Assembly (NCBI GenBank): GCA_004431415.1
Contig: QPMI01000084.1
Span: 62,001 to 126,000 of the forward strand
Direction of reading: 5' to 3'
Source of the DNA: Cyanophora paradoxa CCMP329
Lineage: Eukaryota; Plantae; Glaucophyta
Length of the DNA: 64,000 bases
Shown here in pieces: positions 25,222-38,600 of this stretch (the first letter of the stretch is position 1; each line of letters opens with the position of its first letter). The position numbers and the translations under genes were made by a program. The notes beneath the pieces were generated by a model, which had not been told where the DNA came from, did no database searches, and worked only from the letters and a program-made list of their open reading frames with translations.

Positions 25222-28200
25222 GTTTGGGGGGGGCGGACTCGATGCAGGGCACGCCGAAGAGCTGGACGTCGCGCGGGGCGTAGCGGCCGACCTGGGGCGT
25301 CAGGCCCTCCTCCGGGTTCCCTGCCCCGCGGCGTCAGCGCGAGCAAGCGGCGCCCAGCGGATGCTGGAAGCCCCCCCAGCCGGAGCGCGACGGCGCGCCG
25401 GCGCGCACCGAAGAGGAGGTGCCGGCACGTCTCCTCGAGCATGTCGACCCGCTTCAGGAAGTGCTGCGGGGAGGGTGAGGCGAGCCCCGGCGGCCGTGGG
25501 GCGGGGCGGGGCGGGGCGGGGCGGAGCGGGGATGGGGGCGGGCCTCGCGGTTGTGCTTGAGGATCTCGTGGGAGGAGTACTGGGCGCCCATCGCCCCCTG
25601 GCGCGCCGCGATGATCTCGATCGCGTGGAAGTACACCTGCGAAGAAGAGTGAGAAGGAGGCTGGAGGGGTGGGGCGGCGGGCTGCGTGCACCTGCCAGGC
25701 GAGGGAGCGGCGGAGGCCGCCGAGGTTGCGCTCCGAGGTGAGGTGCACGCACTCCTCCGAGCCCAGGTACGCCACCAGGAACCTGCGCGGAGCTCAGGCG
25801 CGGGAGGGAGGGCCGCGCGGGGGAGGACGGGGCGGCCACGCGGCACCAGGCGAAGAAGGCGGCGAAGAGGGCGGCGAAGGCGAGGGTGTAGCGGAGGGAG
25901 AGGCCGTCCACCCGGCGCCGGTCCTTGTGGAACACCCGCCACAGCCGCCGCGCCTGCCGCCCCGCCCGCCCAGCCGAGCGGGGTCGAGTCAGGGCCCTGG
26001 CTGCATGTTTCCTTCTCTCGAGCCGGGTGCAGCCGGCACCTTCTGGAGCTCCTCCTTGGACATGGTCTCGGCGGCGGCGCCCAGGGCCCGCTTCCAGGCC
26101 CCCTCGCGCCCCTGCGCCGCCTGCTCCGCCTCCTCCTTCTCGCCCTCCTTCTTCTTGCCCCCGTCCCGCGCCGTCTTCGCCAGCACCGCCCAGTCCTCCT
26201 GCGCACCCCGCGTGAGAAGGCCGCCGCCGGATCCTCTAGATTGGCGCACGTCGTCGTCCTCTAGGTCGAACTCCTCGTCCTCCTCGTCGTCCGACTGGGC
26301 GCTCTTCTTGCCTGCGCCCGCGGAGCTGCACCGTCGGCCCCTGCACGCCGGGGCGCGCGGCGGCGCGGCGCGGTGCGGGGCGGCGCACCGGCCTTGGCGA
26401 TGCGGTGGAGGACGTTCTTGGGGCTGCGAGGCCGACAGACAGACAGACAGACAGCGCCGTCAGAGGCGGGGAAACAAACAAACAGAGGGGGCGGGGCGGG
26501 GCGGGGGGGAGGGGGCGGGGGCGCGCATGTCGAAGAAGAGGCGGATGGCCTCCTCCTTCTCCCGCTGCACCGCGTTGATCTTCGGCCTGCGCGCCCCCGC
26601 CCAGCCTAAGGGTGGCGGGGGCGGCGAGGTGCGAGGCCGCGGCGCCTCGCACCGGAAGAAGAAGACAGCGAGGCCGACGCAGATGACCGTCGCGATGCAG
26701 ACCATGCAGATCACGAAGACCCTGGCGGGCGGGGCGCCCCGCCCCGCCCCGTCAGCGGAGAGAAGGAGAAACGAGGCAAGGCAAAGCGGAGGGGGCGGAC
26801 CGTATGTTGGAGAAGAGGGCGAAGGCCTGCATCTCCTGGGCGTGGTTGCTCTCCATGAAGCGCTCGTACGCCTGCTCCGGCCCGTTCTCGTACCTGCGCC
26901 GGCGGGCCCCCGTCGGCCGGACGCGCCCGGAGGCGGGGGCGGGGCTCAAGGGCGGACAGGAAGTGGAAGGCGGGGTTGACTTGGAAGTCGGGGTACTTGC
27001 GGCGGAACTCGGCCGGGTTCACCTTCGCCATCTCCCGCCCCTGCGCCGCCCCGTCAGCCTGTGGCGGTCCCGTGGCGGCCCGTAGCGGCGGGGGCCGGCG
27101 GACCGCGTCGACGAGCTCGAAGGTCCTGGGGGGGAACGGGCCGGGAATGTCACGGGAACGTCGATGCACGCGGGGGGCGGGGCGGGGCGGGGCGGGGCGG
27201 GGCGGGGCGGACATGTCCCACTCGGACTGGAGCCTCTCCTCGGCGGCGCCGGCGTCGGTCTTGACGTAGGAGAGCTTCACGTCGGGCTGCGCCTCCACGT
27301 CCCGCAGCTCGATGTGCACCTCCTCCAGCTGCCCGAGTCACACGGCGTGAGCCGAGGGGCTGGGCTAATGTAGCGCAGGGCTTCCAAGCCAGGGATAGCA
27401 GGGGACCTTGTTGACGGCGGCGGTGAGCTTCTTGCGGGCGTAGGCCTCGAGGGTGCCGTCGGGGTCCCAGCCGGGGAGCCCGCTGAGGCTCAGCAGCAGC
27501 GAAAAGACAGCCATCTCGACCGCCTGCAGCCGCCGCTGGCCGCCAGTCCCCACCCGCACGATCCCTGCGCCCGCCCCGCCTCGGCCGGGCCCGGCCCAGA
27601 AGCGAGGGAGCAACAAGAAGCAAACAAACAGCCGCACCGATCCAGTAGGTGTCGATGAGGTTCTGCATGAGGGCGTAGCAGACGACGGCGAGGGCGATGA
27701 GGACGACGATGACCGCCGCGACCGTCTTCTTCATCCGCCCGATGCTGTGGTCTGCGCCGCGCGCCGCTGGCGTCAGCTGCAGGGCCGGGCGGGAGTGCGG
27801 GGAGGAGAAGGCCGCGCGCCTTGGCCTGCGGCCTGGGCGAGGCGCCGCTTGATGCGGGCGAGCTTGCGGGCCCACTTGGAGTGCTGCGCCGCCGACCCCG
27901 TGCTCATCCCGTCCGCGTCGTGGTCGCCGCCGCTGGGCCGCCGCTTGGAGGAGAGGCGGTGGAGGTTCGGGCGCTCCGAGCCGGCGTCGGGGTCCTCCCG
28001 CTCGCTCCCGGGCCCCGCCCCCCGCGAGCTGTTCTCCGCGTCCGGCCGGTGCACCTGCGCCCAGTCCAATGTCTGATCAGACAACAGCGGAGGGGCCCAG
28101 CGCGCCCCGCGCGCGCGCGCGCGCGCGCCTTGTGGAAGTCGAGGCTCGCGAAGGCGGCGCGCTTCTTGGCGCCCTCCGACAGGTTGCTCGCGATCTTCAT

Positions 28201-31200
28201 CCCCTTCGGCTTCTGCTCGGCCTCCTCGTCGTCGTCCAGCGGCGGAGTCTGCGCCCGCGCCGGGGCCGGGGCCGGGGCCGGGGCCTGGGCGGGCGGGGCC
28301 TGGGCGGGCGGGCTGGGCCCCCCGACGCGCTGGACGACGACGGTGAAGGTGGCAGTAGACTCCGGGCTCGGCGGCTCGCTCCCGGGCGCCTGCACCGAGA
28401 CGAGCGCGGGGAAGCGCGCCCCGCTCGACGTCACGACCTCCACCGACGCCCGCTCGCCCTCCCCCTGGGCGCACGTGAGCGAGGCAGCGAGGCGCCGGCG
28501 CCGGGACCGGCGCCCCCTCGGCTCACCGAGATGCCGAGGGCCTTTGCGACGGGGTTCTGGTCGGCGGCGGGGCTCCCCGGCGGCCCGCCCGCCTCCCCGC
28601 CCTGCGCCTCGTCGTGCCGGGCGGCCAGCGCGGGGATGAAGTCCGCCAGCGACATCCCCTTGGCCTGAGGCGGGCGGGCGGGCGGGCGATCAGCGAAACC
28701 AAGCGGGGCTGGGTGAATGGGATTGGGGTCCGGGGACCTTGTCGGCGGGGGTGTCGAAGACGAGGGAGAACTGCCAGTCGGCCTCGCGAATCGAGAGGCG
28801 CCCGTCCACCCGCACCGTCGACCGCACCATCTGGGGCGCGTGCGGTCAGGCGCCGGAGACGAGTCCTCGACGCCGAACCGTGCGCACGGAGATGCTGGGG
28901 CGCGACTCCTTGCTCCCGCGGCGGTCCTCGGGGAGGGCCGCGGAGGAGGAGGCTGCCAGCGCCGGCGGCGAGAGCCCGTCGACCAGGCCGCTGTTCAAGC
29001 CCGCCGGGGCGGCGGGGGCGGCGGCGGCAGGCTCGCCGGCGCCGCGGAGCCAGTTTTCGACGCTGCGGGTGGAGTCCCTGCGCTCCCCGCGGCCGCCGCG
29101 CCCGCCCGTCGGCGCCCCGCCGAAGCTCGGCAGCTCCTTCACGACGTCCCGCGCGCCCGCGCCCGCGCCCTCATGATCATCCTCCTCACCCTCGCCGTCC
29201 GAGCCGCCCGCCGAGCTGGAGGCCTTGCGCGCCGCCGCGGGCGCCATGGCGGCGCCGGGCGAGAGGCCCAGGCTCGTGCGCGACGCGGATTTGATCTCGC
29301 CCTTGGACGGGGCGGCGATGTTGAAGCGAATGTTGCTCGCCTGCCGCTTCATCGCCCGCGCCCCGGGGGCCGGCTCCCCAGAGGGCGCCGCCTCGTCGGC
29401 GGTCGGCGTGCCGTCGGCGCCGACGGCGAGGCCGTTGGCGGCCACCGAGGCCATCTCGGCGGCGACGAGGGCGGCGCCGGCGTTGAGCGCCAGGGGCCGC
29501 GCCCGCCCCGGCTCCCCGGCCTCGCTGGGGCCCGCGGCGGTCGACTCGGCGTCCTCCTCCTCGCGCTCCCGCCGCCGGGGCGCCTCGCTGGCCGCCCCGC
29601 TCCCGGCGTCGCTCTCGAGGTCGTCCTGCGCGCGCGCGCGGCCCCGCCTCAGGCCCAACGAAGAGGAAGCCGGGCTGCAAGGCGAGGGCGCACGTCGAGC
29701 CGCTGGGCGTCCTTCTTGAACTGCGCCGTGTGCGTCTCCTCGAACTCGTCTGCGGCCGCGAGGGCGCGTCGGCGCGTCGCGGGGAGGATGAAACGGGGCC
29801 CGCCGGGACTCGAACCGGCGGCATCGTAGAGGTCCTGGGCGGAGGGCAGGTCGTTGAGGACCTCCTCGTGGAACTGGCCGTAGGACCGCAGGATGCGCTG
29901 CGGGGGTACGTCATTCTCCTTCCTTGATCGCCTCTGGAGGGGGGTACGCCGCACCGGGTGGTTGGGGTGGCGGGCGATGAGCGCCTTGTAGTGCTGCTGG
30001 GCCCTGCGCGCCGCGATCGATCAGGTGCCGCTCCGAGCTCGAGACCCATCGGACTAAGAAAGACTAGCCAAAGACTAAGCTTCTCCCTCTCCTTCTTGTC
30101 GTCAGGGGGGGGCGCACCGGGACTCGGTGAGGTCGATCTGCTTGACGGCCGACTCGACCTTGGCGAGCGTGATGTCCTCCGCGATCAGGCAGCTCCAGAA
30201 CCTGCCCCCCGGCGGCGTCGGCCCCGCCCCGCCCCGACCCTCCCGCCGGCGCCGCCGGGGCGGCGCGCACTTCTTGAAGGCGCGGACGGCGGCCTTGTGG
30301 TACTTCTTGGCCCCCGCGATGTCCTTCTGGAACTCGAGGTGCTCGATGAGCTCCTCCGACTCGTTGACGTGCTTGCGCTTCTGGGAGCCCATCGTCGAGC
30401 CCTGCGACTGCTGGATCCGCTCCTGCATCGCCCGGAACACCTGGAACGACACGTCGAAGAACTGCGCCCCGTGTCAGCTCTTGGCCCGAGCAGGCCCGCC
30501 GGCCGGCCCCGAGGGGGCGCACGGGGTCGAACTTGGCCGCCTCCTCGATGGAGCGGAAGCCTGCGGACGCCGTCGCAGGCGGGGCCGGGGGCGCGTCAGA
30601 GCGAGATAGTGGGGGCGGACGGCTCCCGTCGGGCCGGGCCCGTTTCTCGCGCACCGGCCTGGCCGTTCTCGGAGTGCTTGAGGAGAAAGCGCCCGTAGCA
30701 GATCCGCACCGCCGCCGAGTGCTGCCCCGCGCCCAGCTCAGATCAGATCGGATCGGATCAGATCTGATCTGATCTGACCTGGTGGACCTCGAGGCCCTTC
30801 CGGTAGATCTGGTCCGCGATCTCGACCGAGGCCGGCGAGGCGTCCGCCAGAAGGAACTGCGCTCGGATCAGATCAGATCGGGTCAGATCAGATCAGATCG
30901 GATCGGACGGCTGGGATCGGACCCGGGTGGCGAGCTCGACGTGCCAGGCGTTGCGGAGCTCAAGGCCGAACATGCGCCCCGTGCAGAGGTACCGGCTGAA
31001 GTACCACTTGCTCAACCTGCGCGGGGCGGGAGAAGCGAGCGGGGGCGCTGAGCTGAGGCCGGGGGAGACGAGGCCGCGGGGGCCCCGGCCCGGGCCAGGC
31101 GGGCCCCCCGCGCGCGCTTGCGCGCACCACCAGCCGAATGCGAAGAAGGCCGGCATGCCGACGATCATGACGACCGTGTAGGCGACGGGGTCTGCGTGCG

Positions 31201-33190
31201 CCCGCAGCGAGTCGATGTAGCGCCCCTCGATGAAGATGAGGAGGTACACCCTGCGCGCGCGCGCCCGCCCCCGGGAGGTCAGTAGAATATAAAATATCAA
31301 TCGGCTGGGGGCGCGCCAGGCGAAGGCCATAAAGACGCCGGCCCGCAGCTGGTTCATCTCCATCCTGCGCGACTCCTGGAGTGAGCCGCGAACCCCCGCG
31401 AGCTCTAGATCTTCCTTCGGACGGCTCGTGGGCGCCTGTAGAAGGGGAAGTAGTTGAAGACGGTGTAGAGGCAGAGCAGCCCGCAGCCGAGCCCGATGAG
31501 GCCTGCGCATGTCCTGGGCGTGAGTCGGGGCTCGGGGGCAGGGGCTCAGGAGCGCGGGGCCGGGGGCGGGGCGCGCCGATCGCCATGTGGGGTATGGCCG
31601 TGATCTCGAGCCCCACGACGTTGAGGAGCATCGCGAAAAGGTACATCAGCTCCGCCCGCGCGTGCACCCGCGCCTGGAGGGGGTACAGTGAGTTGGGGGG
31701 GGGGGGGGGAAGATGGGGTGGCCAGATCCAGCGCACCGTGATGGCGCCCGGCTGTTGCGGGTTCGTCTCGTAGAAGAACATGACGAAGAGGATGCACTGG
31801 GGTAGGGGAATCAGCGGGGGCGGGGGGTACCGGAACGCAAGGAGGGGGTACCTGGAAGACGAGGAGGATAAGGGCGATGGCTGATATGGCGGCGTACACG
31901 GCGTGCTTGCCCGCCCAGCAGACCTTCCTGCGGGGGGTACGGCGAGCTCAGGACCGATCTCGGGTGGGCTGGGGCAAGCGGGATCAAATATGATCTCATA
32001 GTAGAGCGCGGACCACTCGGCGTTGAAGGAGACGTGGGGCATGCTGTGCTCGATCGAGCCCAGTGGGCAGTCGAACGGCTCGACCAGGATCTGCGCCGCC
32101 GAGTCGCGCGGTCAGACGATTTGATCCCTCCGGGCCTCGAGCATTTCGAACTGAAGGGGCGCACGGCGACACCCGGGACGAAGAGGACGCTCGGGAGGAC
32201 GTGGCCGGCGATCCGGAGGTACCGCAGCGGGAACTTGAAGCGGAACCGGTGCTGCGCGCCGGTTCGGCTCCCCCCGGTTCCGTTTGGATGGGACGGGACG
32301 GGGCCCAGCGGACCGTGCGGAAGGCGTAGCCGACGTAGAAGAGGTTCGTCGTCGAGAGGCAGACGATGAGGACGGTCACGAGCCACACCGGCTGGTAGCT
32401 GTTGGGCCCCCGCCCCGTCGGCGGGGAAAGCGAGGGCGGGGCGGGGCGGGGCGGGGCGGGCGCACTCGGAGAACGGGATGCCCTCAAACTTGACCAGGTG
32501 GACGAGGTACCTGCGGGCGGCGCGTCGGGCGCGCCCCCGGGACGCTGCGCGGCGGGGCGCGCTTGGGCGCACCTGTGGATCGGCTTGAAGGGCCCCCCCC
32601 AGTCCTGCGTGTGGCGCGGGTGGTCGTTGTACCTGCGCGCGCGATGGAGGCCGGGCCCGTCAGAGAGAGGCGGAAAGAGGGGTGACGAGGGCGAGATCTC
32701 TGCGCGCGCGGCCGGCAGCGACGGGGGCCGGGGCCGGGGCTCGAGCGCACCCCCACCAGAAGACCGAGAACGGGAGCACGAGGATGGCCATGTAGTGCAC
32801 CAGCTGGTCGATGATCCGCCACCGGAACGACCGGAACGTGTCCTGTGCGGCGCGGCGCGGCAGGTCGGCTGCGTGTGTACGCGCACGCGCGGAGCCAGGC
32901 CGGGGGCACGGGGCCGGCGCTTCGGGCCTCGCACCTTGATAGCTATGAGGCCTGTGCGCCGGCATGGCTGTGAGTGACGCGGCGAAGGAAGTGCATGCCG
33001 GCAGAGGCCGGGACGCCGCACCGACGCCGAAGATCAAGTATTGGACTTGTTCCATCGCGTAGCGGACCTCCCCCAGGGCCCCGCTTCGGTCACTCGCTGC
33101 CCATGACGCTTGGCTCGCCGCTTTGGAGGACTGGGATCCCCCGTGCTGAGAGCCGCCCGCGTTAGCAACTCTCCGCTTGGGGCCCGCCAT
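24411..33190 (-). CDS. TmcB/TmcC (tiny macrocysts)-like polytopic membrane protein, many short introns
   Basis: N-terminal multi-TM region (HARAELMYLF, MNQLRAG, WHVELATR), then a TPR-like block (ADQIYRKGLE...FWSCL...AQQHYKALIARHP...ILRSYGQFHEEVLND). A long low-complexity linker leads to C-terminal TM pairs with FFDIPK and a terminal LLMIPNEVLETVETIRQHL. ATG at 33190, TAG at 24411. Confidence 0.75.
30738..30906. repeat. Intronic (GATCA/GATCG)n pentanucleotide microsatellites, two tracts
   Basis: Tracts at 30738-30778 and 30864-30906 flank a small exon. Confidence 0.8.
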
Positions 33191-33875
33191 CCTGTGGGCT
33201 GCTGCTGATCGATTGCGGCGCCACCAGCCGCTCGATCAGCCTCCTCCGCCCTCGCAGAAGCTAATCTGTGCTCCCTTCTCCCAAGACACGCGAGGACGAA
33301 TCTGGATGCACGGAAGGGGCGAGCTCGCCGGGGCGAACGCGTACGGAGCAAACTCTGAGCTCGACGTGTGCGAGCTGCTAGCTGAAAGCCTGAAACTTCC
33401 TTTAAGGCGTCAGCGCACTGGCATAGCTCTGGTGCAGCGTATCCAGCCGCTCCGGATCCTCACCAACCCGGCCGGCGGGGGTACAGGTGATTCCAATGGA
33501 TCTCCGCGGGTTCGGGGCGTGACGTCGAACCGTCGTCGGTCATTCAATTTTGCAACGGCCCAAATCTGCGCCCGTCGACGTCACGGTGACGCCGTCACAG
33601 ACAGAACGAAGCGTCGCGAATCAGCGCTAGCGCGCGCTAGCCTAGTAGCGGAGCGCCGGATCCCGGAAGGCTACCAGTATGGTAGCTATAGGCTATAGCC
33701 TAGTAGTAGCTATTAGCTAGGTGACCTATACTATATACTATGATAAACAGTCCTGCCCCGGGGGCAGTGCAGCCTCTGGTCTGGAGGAGGTCCACGGATG
33801 GACGCAGTACGGGTAACTCAAGCTTTTGAGTTTAAATATGAAAATGTTTTATCCGGTTCCATATTTATTAACATT

Positions 33876-34343
33876 GTTTTACCAACTCTACAATCTCGAT
33901 TCCGTTTAGACACTCCGCCAGCTTCGACTTTCCCCTCTAGTGGTGTCCTACGTTTCGCCTCTCCTACTGTTCTACCGCCTTTGCCTCCTGCGACTACGTC
34001 TTCTAGTTCTGCTGTTAGCTCTGTCTTGTCGTCTTCGTCTAGATCTTCGTCTTCGACTGTAGTTCCTCGTGCTCGTTCTCCTTATTTGCTGCGTCCCCGT
34101 GCTCCTCGTCGTTCTAGTGTGACTAGTACTTCTGCATCGACGCCCTTGAGCTCTTCTACTCCTTCTCCTCGTGCTCGTTCTCCTTATCTTTTGCGTTCTT
34201 CTGATCGTGTCCTTTCTCGTGATCCCTCTTGATTCTGTATATATTTTGTGCTAGTTTACTGTATCTTTGATTTGTGATTGCTTTGTTGTCTTTAATATCA
34301 CTACCTACGGGGGGTTCGCCCCACCGTAGTCTCTCAAAAAAAA
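33876..34343 (+). mobile_element. 5'-truncated non-LTR retroelement (or SINE-like retrocopy) nested in the Helitron
   Basis: 15-bp target-site duplication ATATTTATTAACATT (33861-33875 and 34344-34358), A-tail, and a 3' hairpin CTACGG-GGGG-TTCG-CCCC-A-CCGTAG. Carries the end of a Ser/Arg-rich ORF with two PRARSPYLLR repeats. Confidence 0.8.
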
Positions 34344-35670
34344 ATATTTATTAACATTATATTAGACGTATTTAATTAACACGTGCACAGTCTGACATCG
34401 ACTGAAAAGGGAGACAACGAAGGAAAAAGATCTAGAAGAGAAGGCCCTGAGGAATGGCCGCCGGGCCAAGGTAAATGTGATGGGGCGGCGGGGGCGGCGG
34501 GGGCGGGCACGCGCGGGGCCGGGCTTGCGCTAGACGGGCTAGCCGCTGATCATGATCATGAGCGGGCTAGCTAGTAGCTATATAGTAGCTAGCTATAGGG
34601 GGGCAGCCACTCGCGATCGGAGGAGCTCGAGGCGTGGGCGGGCCCGCCACGTGCACTGGGCTGCCGGCGCCAGATCTAGAGGACGTGGGCGTGCATGCAG
34701 ATGGCATGATGCACGTGGCCATGGGCGCGGCACCCCCCACTGTACTCCACGTCGTTCCGTAGCGCAACGGGACCCGGGCGGCATGGGTCCGGCATGCCAC
34801 AAGCTAGCAGCGTCGACGTCAGAACCTGCCACCGCGTGATCATGAGCCGCGCAGCGGATCCGGAGCGGAGCCGGGGGCGGACGGGGAGGACGAACTGGCC
34901 CCACAGATGCAGTACTAGTGCCGTGAGAAGCTTGAGCCGCTGAGCTCAGCGGATGGCCCCGTGGCGGAGGACAAGGAGAAGCCAGCACCAACTCTGACAT
35001 TTCGGTGTAATTATATAACCTGGCCAACTCTGGCATTTCGGTGTCACTGGTGGCGGCGCGCTCCGTTCAGCCCCTCTAAATCTGAACGCGCTACTGAAAA
35101 TGAGTAAGCCGCTTGTTCAGACCGGCTGACCCTACATCGACAGGGGGGGCACCGAAGCCTGATTCAGATCCGAAGCTGCACTGCCGAGGCTCTGCGGCAT
35201 AGAGGGAAGACGTCCTGCTACGTATACCCTACCCTAGCTAGCAGCGATATCGATCCGATGATCGATCGATATCTGAAGCGTAGGAGGGCCTATAGCTAGG
35301 CCTGATGCTTTGGTGTCCTTGGCCCTGTGGGAAGGAGGGAGAGGGGAGGGGAGAGGGGAGAGGGGGGCGAGGCGTAGGGGGGTTCCGGGGGAGAAGAGGA
35401 GGGAGTGGGGTACACGGGGCGCTGGAGGGTTTCGGGGGCGGGGCGCCGGGATCGGGGGCTGGCGTGGGGGCGGGCGAGGCGCTGCAGGGTGGGCGGGGCG
35501 CTGGCCATGGGGGCGGCGGGGCGCTGGGGGGCGACGGGGGCGGGGCGCTAGAGGGCGGGGCGAGGCGCGCTGGAGGACGGGGCGGGGCGATGGAGGGCGG
35601 GGCGGTGTGAAGAATGAATGATATCGATATATGTATACACGTATATATATCTACTAACTTCGGCTAGGGA

Positions 35671-38600
35671 TTACAACTGTGGTACTAATGCGGAGTAGTG
35701 CTCATTCCGAATAGAAAGAAGAGTCCCGTCTTGATAATATATACCATGGTAAAGAAGGCACAGTGGTCGGGGATACCGGACAAAAGGAGGCACATAAACA
35801 GTACCATCTACTCCAGAGTGAATATAGGGAAAAAAGCGGTTCGCGCTCCTGTCTTCAAAAAATATCATGATCGGTCTACATAGGTACGCGGCACAGAAAG
35901 CGACTTCAAGATTTGAAGCTGTGCTGAAGTTAGACTCAAAATTAAAGGAGAAGCGTCATGTAAGGATATCAATGTACCGTCTACTCGAGGATCCCTCATG
36001 CGGTTGCAATATGATTGCATGCGCAACCTGCAGGTGTTCGTGCCACCATGGCCATGATTTACGGATGGTCCGCTGGGCACATCGGGTACAACAGCGGACT
36101 GTAACAAGGGGTAAAAAGGATGCGAAGGATTAATTGACATCATCAAGTCAACCACGCCGGAACGCAATCTGTCTGCAAACAAGCACTTGTCCGAATTTTG
36201 TGGGAAGATTGGGACCGTTCCTTCCGCAGTTAGACTGTCGATAATTGACAGGAACATGCAGCGCCCCGCTCCAGAATTACTGTAAAACATATCGTGAGAA
36301 CCGACAGCATATCTCGCATGCGTACAGATATAGATAGGAACCGACCTGACTGGGACGAGGTACGGTGATATGACAATGGCAGGCAATTCCCCCCGCAATT
36401 CCAGTTCCGAAATACGGGCGTCCATTATACAGGATACAGATGGTTGAGTAGTCAAATCAATTATTGCAGCGTGTTGATTCCGATGAATCTCATGCTCACA
36501 TGCTGATACTCCGAGTCCTTGATTGGTCGACGTCAAAGGAGCACTAGATCCAGAATGCGAAGCTGCCCGGGCAAGAGCTGCATCCAAATTACGCGGCGGA
36601 AGGGCGTGTTTAGAATGAAGTGATGGATCCGGAAGCGGAGCAGAGGCAGAAGGCGCTGAGTGACGTGGCTTGCTGGATGAGGATACCGCGGCCTCACAAT
36701 CGTTACGTTTACGTTTCGAATTCGAATTCGGTGTCCTTAAGCTTGGAGAGGCATGAGAGGTTGGTAGGGGTGCAGCGGGTGAGGATATTGCTGGATCTTT
36801 CAGTTTACGTTTCGGTGTTCCCGGTGTTGTCCGCGTAACTGGAGGAGAAGGAACATCCAAAGGCACAGTACTAGTCTTGTTCGGAGTGCGATTAATCTGA
36901 GATGCTCCGGATTGTGCAGCTTTACGTCGTTGGGCTTCTATTACTGACGGTGGCTTGGTGACAGGCAGAAGGGATGTGCCCCAGGCTGCGAAGGGATTGG
37001 ATGTCGGCACCCCAATCAAGGCGGACAGTGCACGAAGGCGATGGTGTTCGCGTATATCGCATGGATGAGGAGCGAAAAAAAGCCAGCGATCACAACTGGA
37101 TGTTGGATCGACGGGGACATTGATTTCATGATCAGATGCATCCGACTCCCCGCTGCTGGAATTTAAAGTCCCCATCGGAATGGGAGGTCGTTTAGGTTGT
37201 TGTTTGGATTTCCGCAAATTTGGGGCGCGAAGGACATTGATGAAGATAATGTCCGATGATGATCGAACTCGACTGCACGCAACATACGCCATGTTGTACG
37301 TGAAGACGCGTGCCAGATCAACCACGATCTTGGGCAGGGTTAGGCCTTGGCATTTGTGTACAGTCACAGCCCATGCAAGTCTAAACGGGAACTGTGTGCG
37401 CGACGGAGTAGGACCTGAAGTTTTCGAAGCAACATTATTTCCAGGTTGGATTTCCTGTTCAGGATGGGTCGAGGTGGCCACGGTAGATTCCTGGGTACGT
37501 ACAACACGCTCATTGGCGAGATCACGCTCAGAAGGCTCAATGCGGACAGCGTGATAATCGGTTCCAGCCAAGGTAACTTTCACTCGACCGCGCTTTTTGC
37601 CGACCTTGTCATCGTCGAATGCAACATACAGTGCGACGGGTGCATTCTTGTCCAATATGCGAACCGTCGACGCGGCCAGAGGAGGAGGATCCGGACTGTC
37701 AAATTCCCAGCCAACCAAGGTGCCTAGAGCTCCGTTTACGAGACCATCGTGGGTGTCTTCGTTGATGATCATCATCACCCGTGAGCCCAGGCAAAAGGTG
37801 AACTTGGCTGATAATAATTCGCCCTGTTTATTCTGCCACGGCCATGAGAAATTACAAATATGTGAGAAATCGTAGATTTTATGCTTGCAAACGAATGCTC
37901 ACATCAACAGGATCGGCCGGTTTGCACTTCTTCGACTTTGTGTCGTATTCACCCTCATCGAAAGCCTCCACTGTGATGATTGGTGCGAGATAGCGACGAG
38001 ATGTGGCAAACAGCCGATCCTGGTTGTAGTTTGCGACTTCTTTATTACAAGGAAATACGCGCAAAGCATTTTCCCATGCAGGAGACGCCAATTCGCAGGC
38101 CAGCTGCGCATATCCACGGCGATTCTCCAGTGCGTTCACGGACCTAATTGTATAATGATTAATGAACCTCGGCAGACTGCAAAAACAAGACATGTACACA
38201 AAGTAATGCGAGGATGCACTCTCACCTAGACAGTATGAGGCGTTTATCATTATCGTCGAATTCTCCGATTCTCAATCGCAGACAAGTGTCCCGCCACATT
38301 GTGTCACCAGCTTGTCGGACCACTTCATCCAGGAAAATAGGGTGAAACAATGAAAGCCACAGGTGAATGTCGTCAACATGATTATCATCGCGCCGGAAAG
38401 TGCGCCACATACGGGGTTCAAGAACGTTGTAGATTCTCTTCTCCCGTACTGGAGGTAGCTGAAAGAAATCCCCGAAACAGATTACTGATTTTCCTGCAAA
38501 TGGAGCTTCAACCTGAAAGATTTCCTGCAGTCGCTGGTTGACACGTGGAAAATTCTTGCCGCCTACAAAGCTGATCTCGTCGATAATGATGAGCTCTACG

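Noticed and set aside
25186-25233. ~35-nt poly-G run as a functional G4 element
   Set aside because: Intronic homopolymer whose length is unreliable in assemblies.
24582-33698. Many long plus-strand ORFs
   Set aside because: Antisense shadows of the GC-rich TmcB-like gene.
34360-35670. Fanzor/TnpB gene or guide RNA near the Helitron2 3' end
   Set aside because: No RuvC or zinc-ribbon motifs in any frame; only low-complexity DNA and a 21-bp direct repeat (34989, 35024).
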